Of a stretch of DNA of 64,000 nucleotides, positions 61,771 to 64,000 are shown in pieces. The position numbers and the translations under genes are program-made. Positions within the stretch are counted from its first letter, which is position 1; each line of letters opens with the position of its first letter. Source of the stretch: Octopus bimaculoides (Eukaryota); NCBI RefSeq assembly GCF_001194135.2, contig NC_068991.1, positions 22,334,508 through 22,398,507 of the forward strand, written 5' to 3'. The notes beneath the pieces were generated by a model, which saw nothing but the letters and a program-made list of their open reading frames with translations, ran no database searches and was not told the DNA's origin.

Positions 61771-63793
61771 TATCATAGCTGTTATTGTTGTTGTTGTCAT
61801 CATCATCATCATCATCGTCATCATCTTGGAGTAGTATTAACAGTGTATCAGCAGACTAAATCTCTAATAGTGTTTAGTCTGTTCTGTCATCCAAATACCA
61901 TGGAGTTTGTTTTCGCCTTTCATCTCTCCAGGATCAATAAAAGGAATCCCTGGCATGCGATAAGGTCAATTTGAATCGATTGCACCCATCTCTACAAATT
62001 CGTGGTTTTCTGCTGATATAAAAACATCAGAGGAAAACTATTATAATAATTGCTATTGTCGTTGTTGTTGTTGTTCATTATTATTACAAGGTGACGGAGC
62101 GTTATATTTTAAGCTTCCATCCTAGTTCACAGTAGATTCCTTTCCATATCAGCCACTCTACTTCATACCAGCGACCACACACCATCCTCATCCAAACCAT
62201 TATGTTTTCCACACCATCAACACACACACTCACATACACTGCTACTTCTACACCACCATCCATTCCACATAATACCAAACATCTCCTCTCTACTCCATTT
62301 CTATTGCCTTCCCCTCCACCTTTCATACTTCCAGTTCTCCTCCTCTAGCATATCTGCAGCTAATAATGACAGGTCAATTACCATCAGCTTTACAGTCAGC
62401 TAGCCTTCTCTCCTCCTTCAGCAAGAACCTCAGCTAATTTTCAAGAACAGTCTTGTTTCCAGCTGTGGAATGATGTTAGTAGCAGCAAAGACTGGAGTAG
62501 GTCAGCAAAAACAAAGAAAAAGGATAACACTAAAAGAAGCTGTGTCCAAATACCTGCTACCACCACCACTACCACTACCACCTTCACTGTTATTATTTAC
62601 CATTAGCCATCCCTCAACACCTTCATCACTAACACCATCACTCAACTTCTAGGATCTTCACCACCAGTATCGATGACTATTACTGAACCACTGCCACTAT
62701 TCAATGAGCAATACTTCTACCACCTGACCACCACTACCAATAACATCAAGAGGTTGCCTCTACATGGACACTCGACCTGCTAGAAATAGCAGTCAAATTC
62801 TCTCAAATTACACACAAGAAGAAGAAAATTACACTAAGAAAAAGAAAAAGGAGGACAATATGTTCTCCATTTTTGTAAAACTCTCCAAATTTAGTTACAG
62901 TGGGATGGTCGTGGTTGAAATGCTTTTGATCATAGGTGGTCTGCTCAAGCAGGACTGACCTAGGGCTAAACAATAAGGATAACAGTAACACTACTACCAT
63001 TCAATAACCAGCCCTTCCATTACCTTACCATCAACATCAACAACAACAACGCTAACCTTAGGCAAACAACAAATATTAGCACCACCACCATCATCACTTC
63101 CCTCTCCACCATTTAATGACCTACACCCACCCACAAACTCAGCATCATTAGAATGAACTTGTTGACCTTTATATTATTCAACTTAACATCATAACATTGA
63201 AAATGTTATCCTATTAAAAACGTCTGGTAACAATGAGTCTCGGGTGCTTATATATTAAAGAATATGGAATAGAAATTGACTGAAAATGAATTAAAACTTT
63301 CCAGTAAACTTTTAAATGCTGTGACATTTTATTGTTCAAACTTCTTTTTATTCCTTTACTTAATTAATTTTTAATTAATTTATTTTTTCCAGTGAGGTTA
63401 TTTTATTGCTTCTTGTACTACTGTTTGTTCAGCTATATAAACTCCAGTACTTGACTGCTATTTTATTTGTCACCTCTTTCCATCCCTGGAAAGATGAAAG
63501 ACAAAGTTGACTTTGATGAAGTTTGAACACATATCCTAAAGTGACATGACTAAATACCACAAGACATTTTGTACAACACTATAAATCCACTTACACACCA
63601 ACCTCAAAATATAAAAATAACAATAATCCTTTCTTTTATTTTTCCCCCTGGGCTTATTCATATATACAATAACATGTTATAAGAAGGGTGACATAGATGT
63701 GTAGGAAAGATAAAAGAATACAAATAAAACACAAAACCACTCTTGATCCCATCAACTTCTGCTTCTATGTATACTTCATCCATTACTTATATA

Positions 63794-64000
63794 TGAGGGG
63801 GTGCTGAAAAATTCCTGGCTTTAAGGGTATTGTGAAAGGTGTGGTTGAAGGTCCAACTTTCCGAATTCTTTTACAGGGATTAGAAAAACTGAAGGACCAC
63901 TGCAATAAGTGTATGAATCTGAGAGGGGAATATGTTGAATAAAATCATAATTAACTGATCCTCCTTATTTTCTTTTACCCAAAGCCAGGAACTTTTCAGC
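63794..64000 (+). mobile_element. Mariner-derived MITE; right TIR cut by the window end
   Basis: GCTGAAAAATTCCTGGCTTT at 63803-63822 versus its reverse complement at 63981-64000 (1 mismatch). The interior encodes QGLEKLKDHCNKCMNLRGEYVE*, a mariner C-terminus. Confidence 0.88.

Noticed and set aside
1-64000. CRISPR arrays, prokaryotic operons or IS elements
   Set aside because: The window is spliceosomal-intron-containing animal DNA. Its regular repeats are microsatellites and SINE copies without a repeat-spacer structure.

Overview
Eukaryotic, AT-rich, microsatellite- and SINE-saturated animal DNA with several N gaps. The repeat families suggest an Octopus-type cephalopod; this is an inference. 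I can reconstruct one host gene, IFT43 (intraflagellar transport complex A subunit), on the + strand. It has 9 small coding exons from 8377 to 58961, giving 552 nt of CDS and 183 aa, with every splice phase consistent and all introns GT-AG. None of it is recovered as such by the ORF track. The rest is mostly mobile DNA: at least four tRNA-headed or LINE-tail SINE-like families, 5'-truncated R4/Dong-type retrotransposons in (TAA)n tracts, RTE and CR1 LINE relics, mariner/Tc1/maT and hAT transposase fossils, and several MITEs. One RTE relic ends in three C2H2 fingers. The most interesting unexplained signals are: (1) minimal type-I hammerhead-ribozyme-like motifs, one of them with well-formed stems; (2) two long near-perfect intronic palindromes; (3) twin minus-strand ATG-to-donor exon candidates flanking the IFT43 start; (4) a microsatellite-targeted retroelement pile-up. 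Family names and reference protein motifs are from memory, not from searches.
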